Notes under the pieces: model-generated | What the model saw: only the letters and a program-made list of their open reading frames with translations | Databases searched by the model: none | What the model was told of the DNA's origin: nothing | Translations under genes and position numbers: made by a program | Shown here: positions 17,763 to 28,466 of the stretch, in pieces | How positions within the stretch are numbered: the first letter of the stretch is position 1 | How the letters are laid out: every line of letters starts with the position of its first letter | Origin: an uncultured Methanosarcinales archaeon | Lineage (GTDB): Archaea; Nanobdellota; Nanobdellia; Woesearchaeales; BS150m-G63 | Assembly (NCBI GenBank): GCA_964630685.1 | Contig: CAZVVW010000003.1 | Coordinates: 32,110-96,109, forward strand | Length of the DNA stretch: 64,000 bases | Direction: 5' to 3'

Positions 17763-20030
17763 TTAGCCCATATAAGAAGGTGTTTCTTGGATTTCTTTTG
17801 CTCTTGCAGCTGCAAACTCTTCTTTTATGTTTTCGTACTTTTCTTCGATTTCTTTTGCTACAGAAGCCCTTACTATTTTTAGTGCATTATTAAAGTTGGT
17901 CATGTTGACTGTTTTAGATTTTATGTCTTTTCTTAATGCATCTATTGCTGATTCTCTACATACTGCTTCAATATCTGCTCCAACATAACCTTCTGTTTTT
18001 TCAGCTAATGTTTTTAGACTGACTTCTTTTAAGGGCATGTTTTCTGTGTGAATCTTAAATATTGCTTCTCTTGCTTTTTTATCTGGAACTGGTGCTAGTA
18101 TGATTCTATCAAATCTTCCTGGTCTTAGTAGTGCACTATCTATTATATCTGGTCGATTAGTTGCTGCGATAACAACAACTTCATGCATACTATCCAACCC
18201 ATCCATTTCTGTAAGCATTTGATTAACCACCCTTTCACTTACTTTTGCATCTGTGCTGGCCCCCCTCTTAGGGGCAATACTATCTATCTCGTCAAAGAAT
18301 AAAATTGTTGGACTATTTTGTCTTGCCTTTTGGAATATTTTTCTCATAGCTTTTTCACTTTCTCCAACCCATTTACTCATCATTTCAGGACCTTTAATCC
18401 AAATAAAGTTTGCTTTGCTTTCTGTGGCTACTGCTTTTGCTAACAAGGTTTTTCCTGTTCCTGGTGGACCATAAAGAAGAATACCTTTTGGTGGTTTAAT
18501 TCCCATGCTAGTAAATACTCCTGGTTGTTTTAATGGCCACTCAACTGCTTCTATTAATTCTTGTTTAACATTGGCCATTCCACCTACAGAATCCCATGGG
18601 ATGCTTGGAACTTCTACTAACACTTCCCTCATCGCACTTGGCCTCACTACTTTTAGTGCTTCTTCAAAATCTTTTTGCCTTACAACTAATTTTTCAAGTA
18701 CTTCTTTAGGTATATTGCTGTTTTCTTTTAACTTTAAGTCTGGTAAAATTCTTCTTAATACAACCATTGCTGCTTCTTTGGCTAATGAAGCTAAATCTGC
18801 TCCAACAAAACCATATGTAATATCTGATAATCCTTTTAGATCAACATTTTTCGCTAAGGGCATGTTTCTTGTATGAATTTTTAAAACATTCAACCTTCCA
18901 TCTTTATCGGGAACTCCAATTTCAATTTCCCTATCAAATCTTCCTGGCCTTCTTAATGCTTGATCAATCTCATTTACAATATTTGTGGCTGCGATAACAA
19001 CAACTCTTCCCCTAGATTTTAGCCCATCCATTTCAGCTAATAGCTGAGCTACCACTCTTTTTTCAACTTCCCCTTTACTTTCTTCTCTTTTAGAAGCAAT
19101 TGCATCTATTTCATCTATGAATATGATTGATGGTGCGTTCTTTTCTGCATCTTCGAACTTTTTTCTTAGGTTTTGTTCGCTCTGTCCGTAAAATTTACTC
19201 ATGATTTCTGGTCCGTTTATGAGTATAAAATGAGAATTTGTTTCATTAGCAACTGCTTTTGCTAATAAGGTTTTTCCTGTTCCGGGAGGTCCATGAAGAA
19301 GTACTCCTTTTGGTGCTTCGATACCTAATCTTTCAAATAGCTCTGGATGTTTTAATGGTAATTCTACCATTTCCCTTATTTTCTTGATTTCGTCTTCTAA
19401 TCCACCGATGTCTTCGTAAGCTATTTCTGGCAAGGTTTCTTCTTCTATCTTTACTGGTTCTGGATTAATGGTTAATTCTGTATTATTTGTGATAATCACT
19501 GCTTGTTTTGGAGCTACATCTGCAACCATAAATCTAATTCCTCCAATTCCAAAACTCATCCTTAGATCTCCTTCTAAAACTTTAAATATTTCATCAAAAG
19601 GACTGTGAGAAAGAACGTCTTTTCTTGTTTTTGTGCCCCCTATGCTGATGATGTCTCCCCTTACAACTGCTCTACCTAATAAACCTCTTTTGAATAGTTG
19701 AGGTGGTGCTTGGATTCTTCCAGAAAGAGGGGCTATTGTTACTTTTTTAGCTTCCTTAATGTCTTCTTTTTGAACTGAAACACTCTCACCAATACCTGTT
19801 TTAGCATTTCTCCTCATAAAGCCATCCATCCTGATAATACTTAGACCAATATCACCTGGATATGCCCTATCTACAATGCCCACAGTTTCTCTTTCACCTT
19901 TTATGCTCACAATATCTCCTGGTTTTACATCTATCTCTCTCATAAAACCATAATCAATTCGAACAATGCCTTTATTTACATCGTCCTGAAAAGCTTCTAC
20001 TACTTTTAGTTTAATTTTCTTTTCAGGCAT
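17763..20030 (-). CDS. cdc48: Cdc48/VAT AAA+ ATPase
   Basis: N-domain plus two AAA modules (GPPGTGKT twice, FIDEID/FFDEID, RPGRFDR twice); YMG C-terminus. Confidence 0.97.
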   Translation of the reverse strand: MPEKKIKLKVVEAFQDDVNKGIVRIDYGFMREIDVKPGDIVSIKGERETVGIVDRAYPGDIGLSIIRMDGFMRRNAKTGIGESVSVQKEDIKEAKKVTIAPLSGRIQAPPQLFKRGLLGRAVVRGDIISIGGTKTRKDVLSHSPFDEIFKVLEGDLRMSFGIGGIRFMVADVAPKQAVIITNNTELTINPEPVKIEEETLPEIAYEDIGGLEDEIKKIREMVELPLKHPELFERLGIEAPKGVLLHGPPGTGKTLLAKAVANETNSHFILINGPEIMSKFYGQSEQNLRKKFEDAEKNAPSIIFIDEIDAIASKREESKGEVEKRVVAQLLAEMDGLKSRGRVVVIAATNIVNEIDQALRRPGRFDREIEIGVPDKDGRLNVLKIHTRNMPLAKNVDLKGLSDITYGFVGADLASLAKEAAMVVLRRILPDLKLKENSNIPKEVLEKLVVRQKDFEEALKVVRPSAMREVLVEVPSIPWDSVGGMANVKQELIEAVEWPLKQPGVFTSMGIKPPKGILLYGPPGTGKTLLAKAVATESKANFIWIKGPEMMSKWVGESEKAMRKIFQKARQNSPTILFFDEIDSIAPKRGASTDAKVSERVVNQMLTEMDGLDSMHEVVVIAATNRPDIIDSALLRPGRFDRIILAPVPDKKAREAIFKIHTENMPLKEVSLKTLAEKTEGYVGADIEAVCRESAIDALRKDIKSKTVNMTNFNNALKIVRASVAKEIEEKYENIKEEFAAARAKEIQETPSYMG

Positions 20031-20037
20031 TCTCTGA

Positions 20038-20445
20038 TTACTTTGATTTTACTTTAGGCAAAGGAATTGGTGCAGGTAAATTAATTTCTCTACTCATTAT
20101 CAATGCTTCGATATTGCATTTGCTTAGAATATTACCCATAACTTCTTCAACAACATCATGAGGTAATTTTTTGTTCTTTTTCCACTCTGTTTCTATCTCT
20201 TTTACCTTATCTGCTGTTCCCATGTAGACTATTTCTCCACCAAGAGAGATGTTGCCTATATTTGGGTCGTATTTTGCCTCAAATAAGAATTCTAACTTTA
20301 GAGCTTTTTCTTTATTTTTTCCTAATTTAAGCTCAAAGCTCTTAACGTCTTTAATTCCTACATTGTTAGCAATACTTATTTTTCCTTTAGCGCCTTCTTT
20401 TCTTTCAGCGTTTATTTTTGTAAAGTTAAAACTTATTATACTCAT
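20038..20445 (-). CDS. Uncharacterised archaeal protein upstream of cdc48 (possibly SecB-like fold)
   Basis: 135 aa, four predicted strands then a helix and [10 protein letters not shown] tail; GGTGA SD; 7-bp gap to cdc48. Confidence 0.8.
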   Translation of the reverse strand: MSIISFNFTKINAERKEGAKGKISIANNVGIKDVKSFELKLGKNKEKALKLEFLFEAKYDPNIGNISLGGEIVYMGTADKVKEIETEWKKNKKLPHDVVEEVMGNILSKCNIEALIMSREINLPAPIPLPKVKSK

Positions 20446-20672
20446 ATAACATCACCCAATTACAGCGTAATTATAGGGGTTTATAAAGTTTTTGTTGTTT
20501 TAGGATGGTTGTTTGAGGTGATAAAACGACAGCTTTTTAAAGCAAAATTTATTTTTTGGTGTTATATGTATTTTTCAAGCGCATTATTTGATACTGTACG
20601 TTATTCTGGTAGTTAGAATTCTTTAATTTAATTAGATTTTTTTGATTAGTTATTTGGAGGTTTTTTATAAAA

Positions 20673-21617
20673 ATGGCTTATGTGAAAGATTTTAAATGGA
20701 AAAAAGGCATGAAAGTGTCTGAATATGTGGGTTCTTTAGCAAATATTGGATTTCAAAGTGTCCAATTAGCAAATGCAGCAGATGTTTTTGTTAAAATGAA
20801 AAAAAATTCTGCTAAAATTTTCTTGACTTTCACTTCTAATATGGTGACTTCTGGACTTAGAGGGTTTTTTGCTCAACTGATAAAATTGAAGATGGCAGAT
20901 ATTGTTGTTACAACAGTTGGGGGTCTTGAAGAAGATATCATGAAGGCAAAAGGGGAGAAGTTTTCTATTGGTACTTTTAACACTGATGATGTAGAACTCC
21001 ATGAAAAAGGGATTAACAGGGTTGGAAACTTGATGATTAATAATGAGAGTTATATGAATTTTGAGGATGCTATTCTTCCGATTTTAAATGAGCTGTATAA
21101 GAAAAAGAAAATGTGGCCTGTTTCTGAATTTTTTAGGGAGGTTGGGCTGATGTTAGATGATGAGAACTCTATTCTTTATCAGGCAGCTAAAAATGATGTC
21201 CCGGTTTTTTGTCCAGCAATTACTGATGGGGCTTTAGGGTTTCATCTTTATATGTTTCAGCAGAAACATCCCGATTTTATAATTGATGTTGTGAAAGATT
21301 TTGGAAATATTCTTCTTTCTACAAATCAAGACGAGAAAAAAGGAGTGATTGCATTAGGTGGTTCGATTTCCAAACATCATGCAATTCTTTGTACTTTGTT
21401 AAATGGTGGAGCAGAATATGCTGTGTATATGACAACAGCACACAAAACTTCTGGAAGCATGTCTGGGGCTACGACTAATGAGGCAAAATCATGGGGGAAA
21501 GTAAAAGACGAGAGTGATATTTCTACAGTTATTGGAGATGTTACTATAATGTTTCCTTTAGCTATGATAAAAGCATTGGAAGAATTGGGAGAGGATGGTT
21601 TATTGAAAAATGGCTAA
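20673..21617 (+). CDS. dys: Deoxyhypusine synthase family protein
   Basis: TFTSNMVTSGLR, TDGALG, GSMSGATTNEAKSWGK (catalytic Lys) and GDVT. Confidence 0.92.
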   Translation: MAYVKDFKWKKGMKVSEYVGSLANIGFQSVQLANAADVFVKMKKNSAKIFLTFTSNMVTSGLRGFFAQLIKLKMADIVVTTVGGLEEDIMKAKGEKFSIGTFNTDDVELHEKGINRVGNLMINNESYMNFEDAILPILNELYKKKKMWPVSEFFREVGLMLDDENSILYQAAKNDVPVFCPAITDGALGFHLYMFQQKHPDFIIDVVKDFGNILLSTNQDEKKGVIALGGSISKHHAILCTLLNGGAEYAVYMTTAHKTSGSMSGATTNEAKSWGKVKDESDISTVIGDVTIMFPLAMIKALEELGEDGLLKNG

Positions 21618-22635
21618 ATTTGTAATCTCTAAGAGTAAAGTTTTGGAACAATATGATCTTTTAGAGAATTTGGGGGATGTGGTTTCTTATAGTTCAAAGA
21701 CTAATCAAGATGTTACCAAAATTTTAGAAAAAGAAACTGATTGCCTTTTTAGTGTGCATTTGACTAATGAGTTAGTCCATGTAAAAAATATGTCTAGGGT
21801 GATTTTTTTATCTCAAGGTTGGGAGAGAAAATTGGTAAATGATTTATTGAGCGAAGGTGTTAGGCATTTTATTGTAGATAATGAATCTGATCTTGATGTG
21901 TTGGAAAATGTTCTTGAGAATTATGATGAAAAAGTTGTGGTTTTTTTAAGGGTGAAGTTAAAGGAGAGAAGTCTGCGTACAGAAAGATATTTTGTGTTTG
22001 GAATGGGTGCCGAAGTTGTGAATAAAAGAATTGCTTCTCTTAAAGAAAAGTTTGGTGATAATGTTTCTTTAGGGGTTCATTTTCACCGTAAGACGCAAAA
22101 CATGAGTGAGTGGAACCTTCAGTATGAGTTAGAAAATATTTTGGGTGAAAAGAATTTAGAGATTATTGATTTTATTAATATTGGTGGTGGAATTCCTTCT
22201 GAGTATGCTAATACTAATATGGATGTTATTGATTCTATCTTTAAGAAAATTAAAGAGTTGAGATGTTGGCTTAAGGGGTTAGGGATTAAATTAATGATTG
22301 AGCCAGGAAGATTTATTGCTGCGCCTGCAGGAAAGTTGATATGTAAGATTATTAATATTTATGATAACAATATTGTTGTGGATGTGTCTGTTTATAATTC
22401 TGATATGGATGCGTTGATTGTTCCTGTTAAGTTGAAAATAGAAGGGGAATTAGAAAAAGGGGAAGGGTATGTTGTTAAGGGTGTTACTCCTTGTTCTATG
22501 GATTTATTCCGTTATAGGGTTTATCTAGATAATCCTAAGGTTGGTGATGGATTGGTGTTTCTTAATGCTGGTGCTTATAATTTTTCTACTGATTTTTGTG
22601 ATTTAAAGAAGTTAGATGTAGAGATTATTGATTGA
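21610..22635 (+). CDS. PLP-dependent Orn/DAP/Arg decarboxylase family (fold type III)
   Basis: YSSKTN (PLP Lys), VHFH, INIGGG, IEPGR, GVTPCSMD, NAGAY. Confidence 0.88.
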   Translation: MAKFVISKSKVLEQYDLLENLGDVVSYSSKTNQDVTKILEKETDCLFSVHLTNELVHVKNMSRVIFLSQGWERKLVNDLLSEGVRHFIVDNESDLDVLENVLENYDEKVVVFLRVKLKERSLRTERYFVFGMGAEVVNKRIASLKEKFGDNVSLGVHFHRKTQNMSEWNLQYELENILGEKNLEIIDFINIGGGIPSEYANTNMDVIDSIFKKIKELRCWLKGLGIKLMIEPGRFIAAPAGKLICKIINIYDNNIVVDVSVYNSDMDALIVPVKLKIEGELEKGEGYVVKGVTPCSMDLFRYRVYLDNPKVGDGLVFLNAGAYNFSTDFCDLKKLDVEIID

Positions 22636-22680
22636 TCGGTCTAGAAAAATTTAAAAGAAGGAAAATATATCAAATATAAT

Positions 22681-23433
22681 ATGTTACTCATAGATACACA
22701 CGCACACCTGAACGATAAATCATTTCAAGCAGATTTAGATGCTGTAATACAAAATGCAGAAAAAGTTGGGGTTAGAGTGATCATCAATGCGGGCACAAAT
22801 TCTCAAACAAATAAAGAAACTTTAGCTCTATCAAAAAAATATGAAATAATAAAACCTGCTTTAGGAATCCACCCGACAGATTGTGTTAAACTAACAATAG
22901 AGGAGATTTCAAAAGAACTAAAGTTTATAAAAAAAAATAAACAAGAAATAATAGCAATCGGAGAGATTGGTCTAGATTATCATTGGCATAAACATGAAAA
23001 AGAACAGGAAAAACAAAAAAGAGTTTTCAATCAATTATTACAACTGGCTGAAAAATTAAACAAACCTGTTTTTATTCATGCAAGAAATGCTGTTGATGAT
23101 TCTCTAGAAATTTTAAAAAAATATAAATTAAAAGTAATTCTACATTCTTTTGGAGGTACTAAAAAACAAGCTCAAGAAGCAATAAAACAAGGTTATTATT
23201 TTTCAATTCCAACTTCTGTGGTAAGAAGCACACACTTTCAGGAGTTAGTAAAAATTGTTCCCATTTCAAAAATTCTAACAGAAACTGATTGTCCTTACTT
23301 GGGACCAAAAAAGCAAGAAAGAAACGAACCAGCAAATATAATTTATTCAATAAAAATATTGGCAGAGATAAAAAAAATAACAGAAAAAGAGCTTTCGAAT
23401 CAAGCGTTTCTTAATTACCAGAATTTGTTTTAG
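22681..23433 (+). CDS. tatD: TatD family deoxyribonuclease
   Basis: DTHAH, GIHP, GEIGLD, IHAR, LTETDCPY. Confidence 0.93.
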   Translation: MLLIDTHAHLNDKSFQADLDAVIQNAEKVGVRVIINAGTNSQTNKETLALSKKYEIIKPALGIHPTDCVKLTIEEISKELKFIKKNKQEIIAIGEIGLDYHWHKHEKEQEKQKRVFNQLLQLAEKLNKPVFIHARNAVDDSLEILKKYKLKVILHSFGGTKKQAQEAIKQGYYFSIPTSVVRSTHFQELVKIVPISKILTETDCPYLGPKKQERNEPANIIYSIKILAEIKKITEKELSNQAFLNYQNLF

Positions 23434-25088
23434 GTACATGCCCCATTAATGCACCCATTTGAGCAATAAACATTATCATTTAAAACTGCGTTCCCTTCTG
23501 TATCACAAGACACTTCTTCTAAGTATGATGAATTTACACAATTATCAGATACAAATCCTAAACTACCTGCTACTTCATAGTTAGATCCTCTTGGGTGTGA
23601 TTCATCAACATCAGTATCTAAGCAAAGTGTTAGTTCTTCTTCTTCCCCTCCATTTTCTTCTTCTGCTAAATCAACTAACATACATACATTTTCTAAAGGA
23701 TCTTCTTCATCACTTCCATTTATCATTCTAGGGGTGGCGTTCTCACCATAATAAATAAGTAAAGTTCTTCTTTGCCCAGTTTCCATCATATAAAAAGAAG
23801 GTTGTTCTCCTGTGCCACCTAAAATCTCTGCTGCTGCTGTTAATACTTTTCCAGGTGGCCAGCTCATTTTTCCTTCTGGTGTTTCAACATCTATTGCAGT
23901 AAATTTATTAATTCCTTCTGATAAATTTAAAGAATAAATTTTTCCAGCATTAAGTAAACTATAATTTATATCAATATATTCTCCATTAAACATTATATCT
24001 ACAACATCTCCATCTTCATACATGTTATCCCATAAATTTACTTGAATTTGTGACTCATTTACAACTCCCCCTGCAAAAATTAATTCGCTATCATTTAATT
24101 CTATGCAACTCAGACATTTGCCGTCTTCACAACCTCTTGTACACGTATATTCCTCTCCAAAGATTTCTCCAGCACCACAATAAGATTCATTTAGGGTAGT
24201 TCCATTTAAACAAGAATCTACAACAAATTCTTCACCTAAAGAACTGTTTCCTTTTATAAAATACATTTTTCCTCTATCAGAGTCTTCGCAATGTATACAT
24301 CTGCCATCTTCACAACCATAAAGACATTCATGCTCTTGAGTTCTTGCTTCTCCAAAATAACAATACTGTTCATTTAAAGTTATATTATCTTCTTTACAAG
24401 AATCATTTACAGTATAATTTTCTGTTGAGTTAACAACCACAAATACTTCTCCAAAAATATCGTAATTTTTTCCCATATCATAATCTTGACATTTTGATTT
24501 ACAATATCCTTCATCACAAAAATAACCTTCAACACAATTAGTATCATTTACACATTTACACATTCCATTTTCACAACCAGCTTCACAATCAAAAATTTCT
24601 GATTTATTAATATCTTCTTCACAAAATAATTCAACTACTGCGGTGTCATTATGACAATGATCATATAATTCATTAGAACTTTCTGTATTTAAAAAACCCT
24701 TAATAGAAGTGTATTTACCATTGTCAGAATCAAAACAATATATAATTTCTTCTTCTTCAGATGATTCTGCTGGATTATTTGCTTGATGGGGGGCTTGTTG
24801 CGCTGGATATTCTGGAACTGAGGGTGGATCCCCTATATATACTTCTTCCCATTCATCCCCTAGCTCATCTATATTTTCTTCTTCTAATGCTCCTTCTATA
24901 ATTTCTATACCCTCACCTTCTATTTCTTCATTAACCTCTCGCACTCTCAAATACCATAAACCGCTAACAGATAATAATAAAATTATTCCAATAATTATGA
25001 AAGTAGTGACTTGTGCTTTTTTATTGGTTTTTTTAGAATTGGATACTAAAAGCTGTGGATCTCTTTTTACCATAATATTTTTAAACAC
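23430..25088 (-). CDS. Cys-rich surface protein with class III (pilin-type) signal peptide
   Basis: KKAQ|VTTFIIIGIILLL signal; repeats C.D(S/Y)D.G...D.C....L.E..C...C..GC..G.C. The exact start is uncertain. Confidence 0.8.
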   Translation of the reverse strand: MFKNIMVKRDPQLLVSNSKKTNKKAQVTTFIIIGIILLLSVSGLWYLRVREVNEEIEGEGIEIIEGALEEENIDELGDEWEEVYIGDPPSVPEYPAQQAPHQANNPAESSEEEEIIYCFDSDNGKYTSIKGFLNTESSNELYDHCHNDTAVVELFCEEDINKSEIFDCEAGCENGMCKCVNDTNCVEGYFCDEGYCKSKCQDYDMGKNYDIFGEVFVVVNSTENYTVNDSCKEDNITLNEQYCYFGEARTQEHECLYGCEDGRCIHCEDSDRGKMYFIKGNSSLGEEFVVDSCLNGTTLNESYCGAGEIFGEEYTCTRGCEDGKCLSCIELNDSELIFAGGVVNESQIQVNLWDNMYEDGDVVDIMFNGEYIDINYSLLNAGKIYSLNLSEGINKFTAIDVETPEGKMSWPPGKVLTAAAEILGGTGEQPSFYMMETGQRRTLLIYYGENATPRMINGSDEEDPLENVCMLVDLAEEENGGEEEELTLCLDTDVDESHPRGSNYEVAGSLGFVSDNCVNSSYLEEVSCDTEGNAVLNDNVYCSNGCINGACT

Positions 25089-25235
25089 TCTGCACTATTT
25101 ATATTTTATGTTAGATGTGTGATTTTTTCTCCAACTATTGCACACAACACCAACAAGTATTTAAATGAGTTGTGAATAACTTAATCACATCCGTTTAATA
25201 TAAAATAATTAATGTATAATTGGAGGAAAAATAAA

Positions 25236-25559
25236 ATGATTGAATTAACACCAAAAAACTTTGAAGAAGAAGTTAACAATGCAAAAACACCAGTGATAGT
25301 AGATTTTTGGGCAGAATGGTGTATGCCATGTAAAATGCTTGCCCCTGTATTTGAAGAGCTTTCAAAATTCTATGGAGAACGACTCAAATTCGCAAAAGTC
25401 AATACAGAAGAACAATCTGAATTATCATCTAAATTTGGAATTTCTGGAATTCCTGCTTTAGTTGTTTTCAACAAAGGAGAAATAGTTGACAGAATTATTG
25501 GATTTGCACCTAAAGAAACTATGAAACAAAAAATAGATGCAATAGTTGATAAATTATAA
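25236..25559 (+). CDS. trxA: Thioredoxin
   Basis: WCMPC active site; GGAGG SD before ATG 25236. Confidence 0.95.
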   Translation: MIELTPKNFEEEVNNAKTPVIVDFWAEWCMPCKMLAPVFEELSKFYGERLKFAKVNTEEQSELSSKFGISGIPALVVFNKGEIVDRIIGFAPKETMKQKIDAIVDKL

Positions 25560-25563
25560 TAAA

Positions 25564-25917
25564 ATGGTTGCAACAATAGAAGTGTTTACAAGTCCTACTT
25601 GTCCTCACTGCCCTTCTGCTGTGAAATTAGCTAAAGAATTGGCTAAAGAAATGGATGATGTTAAAGTTATTGAAAGTAGTACTGCTACATCTCAAGGACA
25701 AAAAAGAGCACAGAAATATAGTATTATGACTGTGCCAACAGTGTTGGTGTCTGGTCCAAGTCATCCCCAAAAGATTGGATTACAAGGTACACCACCAAAA
25801 AGCAGTTTAATAAAAGCTGTGGAAGTTTCTTTGGGATTAAGGCAATGGGAAAAAGAAAAACAAAAGAGTTTTTTTTCAAAATTATTAAAAAAATTAAATG
25901 TAAATATCAAATTATAA
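25564..25917 (+). CDS. Thioredoxin/glutaredoxin-like protein (CPHC) with basic amphipathic C-tail
   Basis: TCPHCP and IMTVPT cis-Pro motif. Confidence 0.85.
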   Translation: MVATIEVFTSPTCPHCPSAVKLAKELAKEMDDVKVIESSTATSQGQKRAQKYSIMTVPTVLVSGPSHPQKIGLQGTPPKSSLIKAVEVSLGLRQWEKEKQKSFFSKLLKKLNVNIKL

Positions 25918-25934
25918 AATGGAGGTCATAGAAT

Positions 25935-26843
25935 ATGGAAAAATATGATACGATTATAATTGGTTCTGGTCCAGCAGGACTTACTGCAGCTATATATACT
26001 GTTAGATATAATCTTAAAACTCTTGTTATCGGACAAGATTTTGGATTGATAACAGAAGCGCATAAAGTAGAAAATTATCCTGGTTTTGAATCTGCTTCTG
26101 GATTTGAGATAATGGAAAAAATAAATGCTCATGCTGTAAAATTGGGTGCAGAAATAGTTAATGATACTGTAATTGGAATTGAAAAGAAAGATGAATTTAT
26201 AGTTAAAACAGGATCTAAAAAATATCAAGCACCAACTGTTATAATTGCATCTGGGACTAAAAAAAGAAAACTAAACATTCCCGGAGAGGAAGAATTTTTA
26301 GGAAAAGGAGTTAGTTATTGTGCTACTTGTGATGGTCCTTTTTTCAAAAATAAAATAGTGGGGATTGTAGGTGGAAATGATAGTGCTGCAATTGCTGCAG
26401 AATTAATAGTTCAATATGCAAAGAAAGTTTATATTATATACAGGAAAGAAGAATTAAGAGCAAAACCTGCATTGGTTTCAGGAATAAAGAAAAATAAAAA
26501 AATTGAGATCATAAACAACACTAATGTGGTTAAAGTAGGAGGGGATGATATTTTGAAAAAAGCTATTTTTGATAATGGAAAAGAAATGGAACTAGATGGA
26601 TTATTTATAGAAATAGGGACCATTCCAGTAACTGCTTTAACGGATCCTTTAGGGGTTAGATTAACTAATGCAAAATTTATAGAAACTAATGAAGACCAAT
26701 CTACAAATGTTAAAGGTGTTTTTGCTGCAGGAGATATAACCACTAATTCAAATAATTTGAGGCAAATGATAACTGCTGCTTCAGAAGGTTCTATTGCAGC
26801 AACATCTGTATTTAATTATATTAAGGGGGCGAGAAAAAAATGA
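25935..26843 (+). CDS. trxB: Thioredoxin reductase
   Basis: GSGPAGLTAA, SYCATCDG, GGNDSA, FAAGDIT. Confidence 0.95.
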   Translation: MEKYDTIIIGSGPAGLTAAIYTVRYNLKTLVIGQDFGLITEAHKVENYPGFESASGFEIMEKINAHAVKLGAEIVNDTVIGIEKKDEFIVKTGSKKYQAPTVIIASGTKKRKLNIPGEEEFLGKGVSYCATCDGPFFKNKIVGIVGGNDSAAIAAELIVQYAKKVYIIYRKEELRAKPALVSGIKKNKKIEIINNTNVVKVGGDDILKKAIFDNGKEMELDGLFIEIGTIPVTALTDPLGVRLTNAKFIETNEDQSTNVKGVFAAGDITTNSNNLRQMITAASEGSIAATSVFNYIKGARKK

Positions 26844-28075
26844 ATCCATTTGAAAATGCACAGGCGCAATTAAAAAAAGCAGCAGAGCTAATGAAATTAG
26901 ATAAGAACACTTATGAGATTCTAAAACAACCTCAAAGGGTGTTAGAAGTCAATATCCCTGTAAAAATGGATGATAGAAAAGTAAAAGTTTTCAAAGGCTT
27001 CCGTTCACAACACAACCATTCAAGGGGCCCAACAAAAGGGGGGATTAGATTTCATCCTGATGTGACCAAAGAAGAAGTTATGGCGCTTTCAATGTGGATG
27101 ACTTGGAAATGTGCTGCTGTGAATATTCCTTATGGTGGTGGGAAAGGAGGGGTAATCGTTAATCCTTATGAATTGTCAGAAAAAGAGTTGGAGAGGTTGA
27201 GTAGAAATTATATTGAAGCTATAAAACCTATAATTGGCCCTAGTAAAGATATTCCTGCCCCTGATGTTTATACTAATCCAAAGATAATGGCTTGGATGAT
27301 GGATGAGTTTTCAAGATTAGAGGGATTCCATAGTCCTGCAGTTATCACAGGTAAACCTCTTGAAGTTGGAGGTTCACAAGGAAGGGGGTTTTCTACAGCA
27401 CAAGGTGGGGTGTATACCCTAAATGAAGCAGTAAAAAAATTAGGTATGGAAAAGAAAGATACTACTGTAGCAATACAAGGGTATGGGAATGCGGGTTATT
27501 TTACTGCAAAAATTCTTTATAAACAAGGATATAAAATAATCGCAGTTTCTGATTCTAAAGGTGGAATTTATTCGGAAAATGGATTTAATCCTATGGAAGT
27601 TTTTGAACATAAAAAGAAAACTGGTTCTGTAAAAAATTTTAAAAGTACAAAAAATATCACTAATGAAGAAATTTTGGAAGTGAAAACAGATGTACTTGTT
27701 CCTGCAGCATTAGAGAATCAAATAACTAAAAAAAATGCTTCAAAAGTTCAAGCAAAAATAGTGTTGGAATTGGCTAATGGTCCAACAACTCCTGAAGCTG
27801 ATGAGATACTTTTTAAAGATAAAGTTCTAGTGATTCCAGATATACTTGCAAACGCCGGAGGGGTGGTTGTAAGTTATTTTGAATGGGTGCAAAACTTGAT
27901 GAATTATTATTGGACTGAAGAAGAAGTACTTGAGAAATTAAAAAAGATGATGGCTCGCTCTTTTGACCAAATTTATGATATTCAACAAAAATATAAAACA
28001 GATATGCGAACAGCAACTTATGTTTCTGCAGTATCTAGAGTTGCTTCTGCTATGAAACATAGAGGTCATGCATAA
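26840..28075 (+). CDS. gdhA: Glutamate dehydrogenase (Glu/Leu/Phe/Val family)
   Basis: GPTKGGIRF, YGGGKGG, DIPAPD, QGYGNAG, ELANGP, NAGGV. Confidence 0.93.
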   Translation: MNPFENAQAQLKKAAELMKLDKNTYEILKQPQRVLEVNIPVKMDDRKVKVFKGFRSQHNHSRGPTKGGIRFHPDVTKEEVMALSMWMTWKCAAVNIPYGGGKGGVIVNPYELSEKELERLSRNYIEAIKPIIGPSKDIPAPDVYTNPKIMAWMMDEFSRLEGFHSPAVITGKPLEVGGSQGRGFSTAQGGVYTLNEAVKKLGMEKKDTTVAIQGYGNAGYFTAKILYKQGYKIIAVSDSKGGIYSENGFNPMEVFEHKKKTGSVKNFKSTKNITNEEILEVKTDVLVPAALENQITKKNASKVQAKIVLELANGPTTPEADEILFKDKVLVIPDILANAGGVVVSYFEWVQNLMNYYWTEEEVLEKLKKMMARSFDQIYDIQQKYKTDMRTATYVSAVSRVASAMKHRGHA

Positions 28076-28422
28076 TGGCGGTTTCATTTGCTTGTAAACA
28101 TATAGAGCTGGCAGAGATAATCAAATGTAGTTTTGATTTGAACAAAACAGAATATAACCTCTTATTATTTTTGATAAATTCCAAAGAAGAATTGATGATA
28201 AAAGAAATTTCAGAAAAACTTTCTTTAGATAGAAGCACAATACAAAAATCTATAAAATCCTTAACTGAAAAAGGAGTTGTAAAAAGAATTCAGACTAACC
28301 TTGAAAATGGAGGGTATGTTTTCTCTTACATTATAAAAAATAAATCTGAAATAAAATCTAAGATTTTGCAAAGCGTTGATAATTGGCACAATTCTGTAAA
28401 GAAATTGATTCTCAATTGGTAA
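28075..28422 (+). CDS. TrmB/MarR-type winged-helix transcriptional regulator
   Basis: CSFDLNKTE, LSLDRSTIQKSIKSL..KGVV, GGY.F.Y; start overlaps the gdhA stop. Confidence 0.85.
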   Translation: MAVSFACKHIELAEIIKCSFDLNKTEYNLLLFLINSKEELMIKEISEKLSLDRSTIQKSIKSLTEKGVVKRIQTNLENGGYVFSYIIKNKSEIKSKILQSVDNWHNSVKKLILNW

Positions 28423-28466
28423 TCCATATAGAAATTATTAAAAACTATTGGTTCCTATCCTGATTT

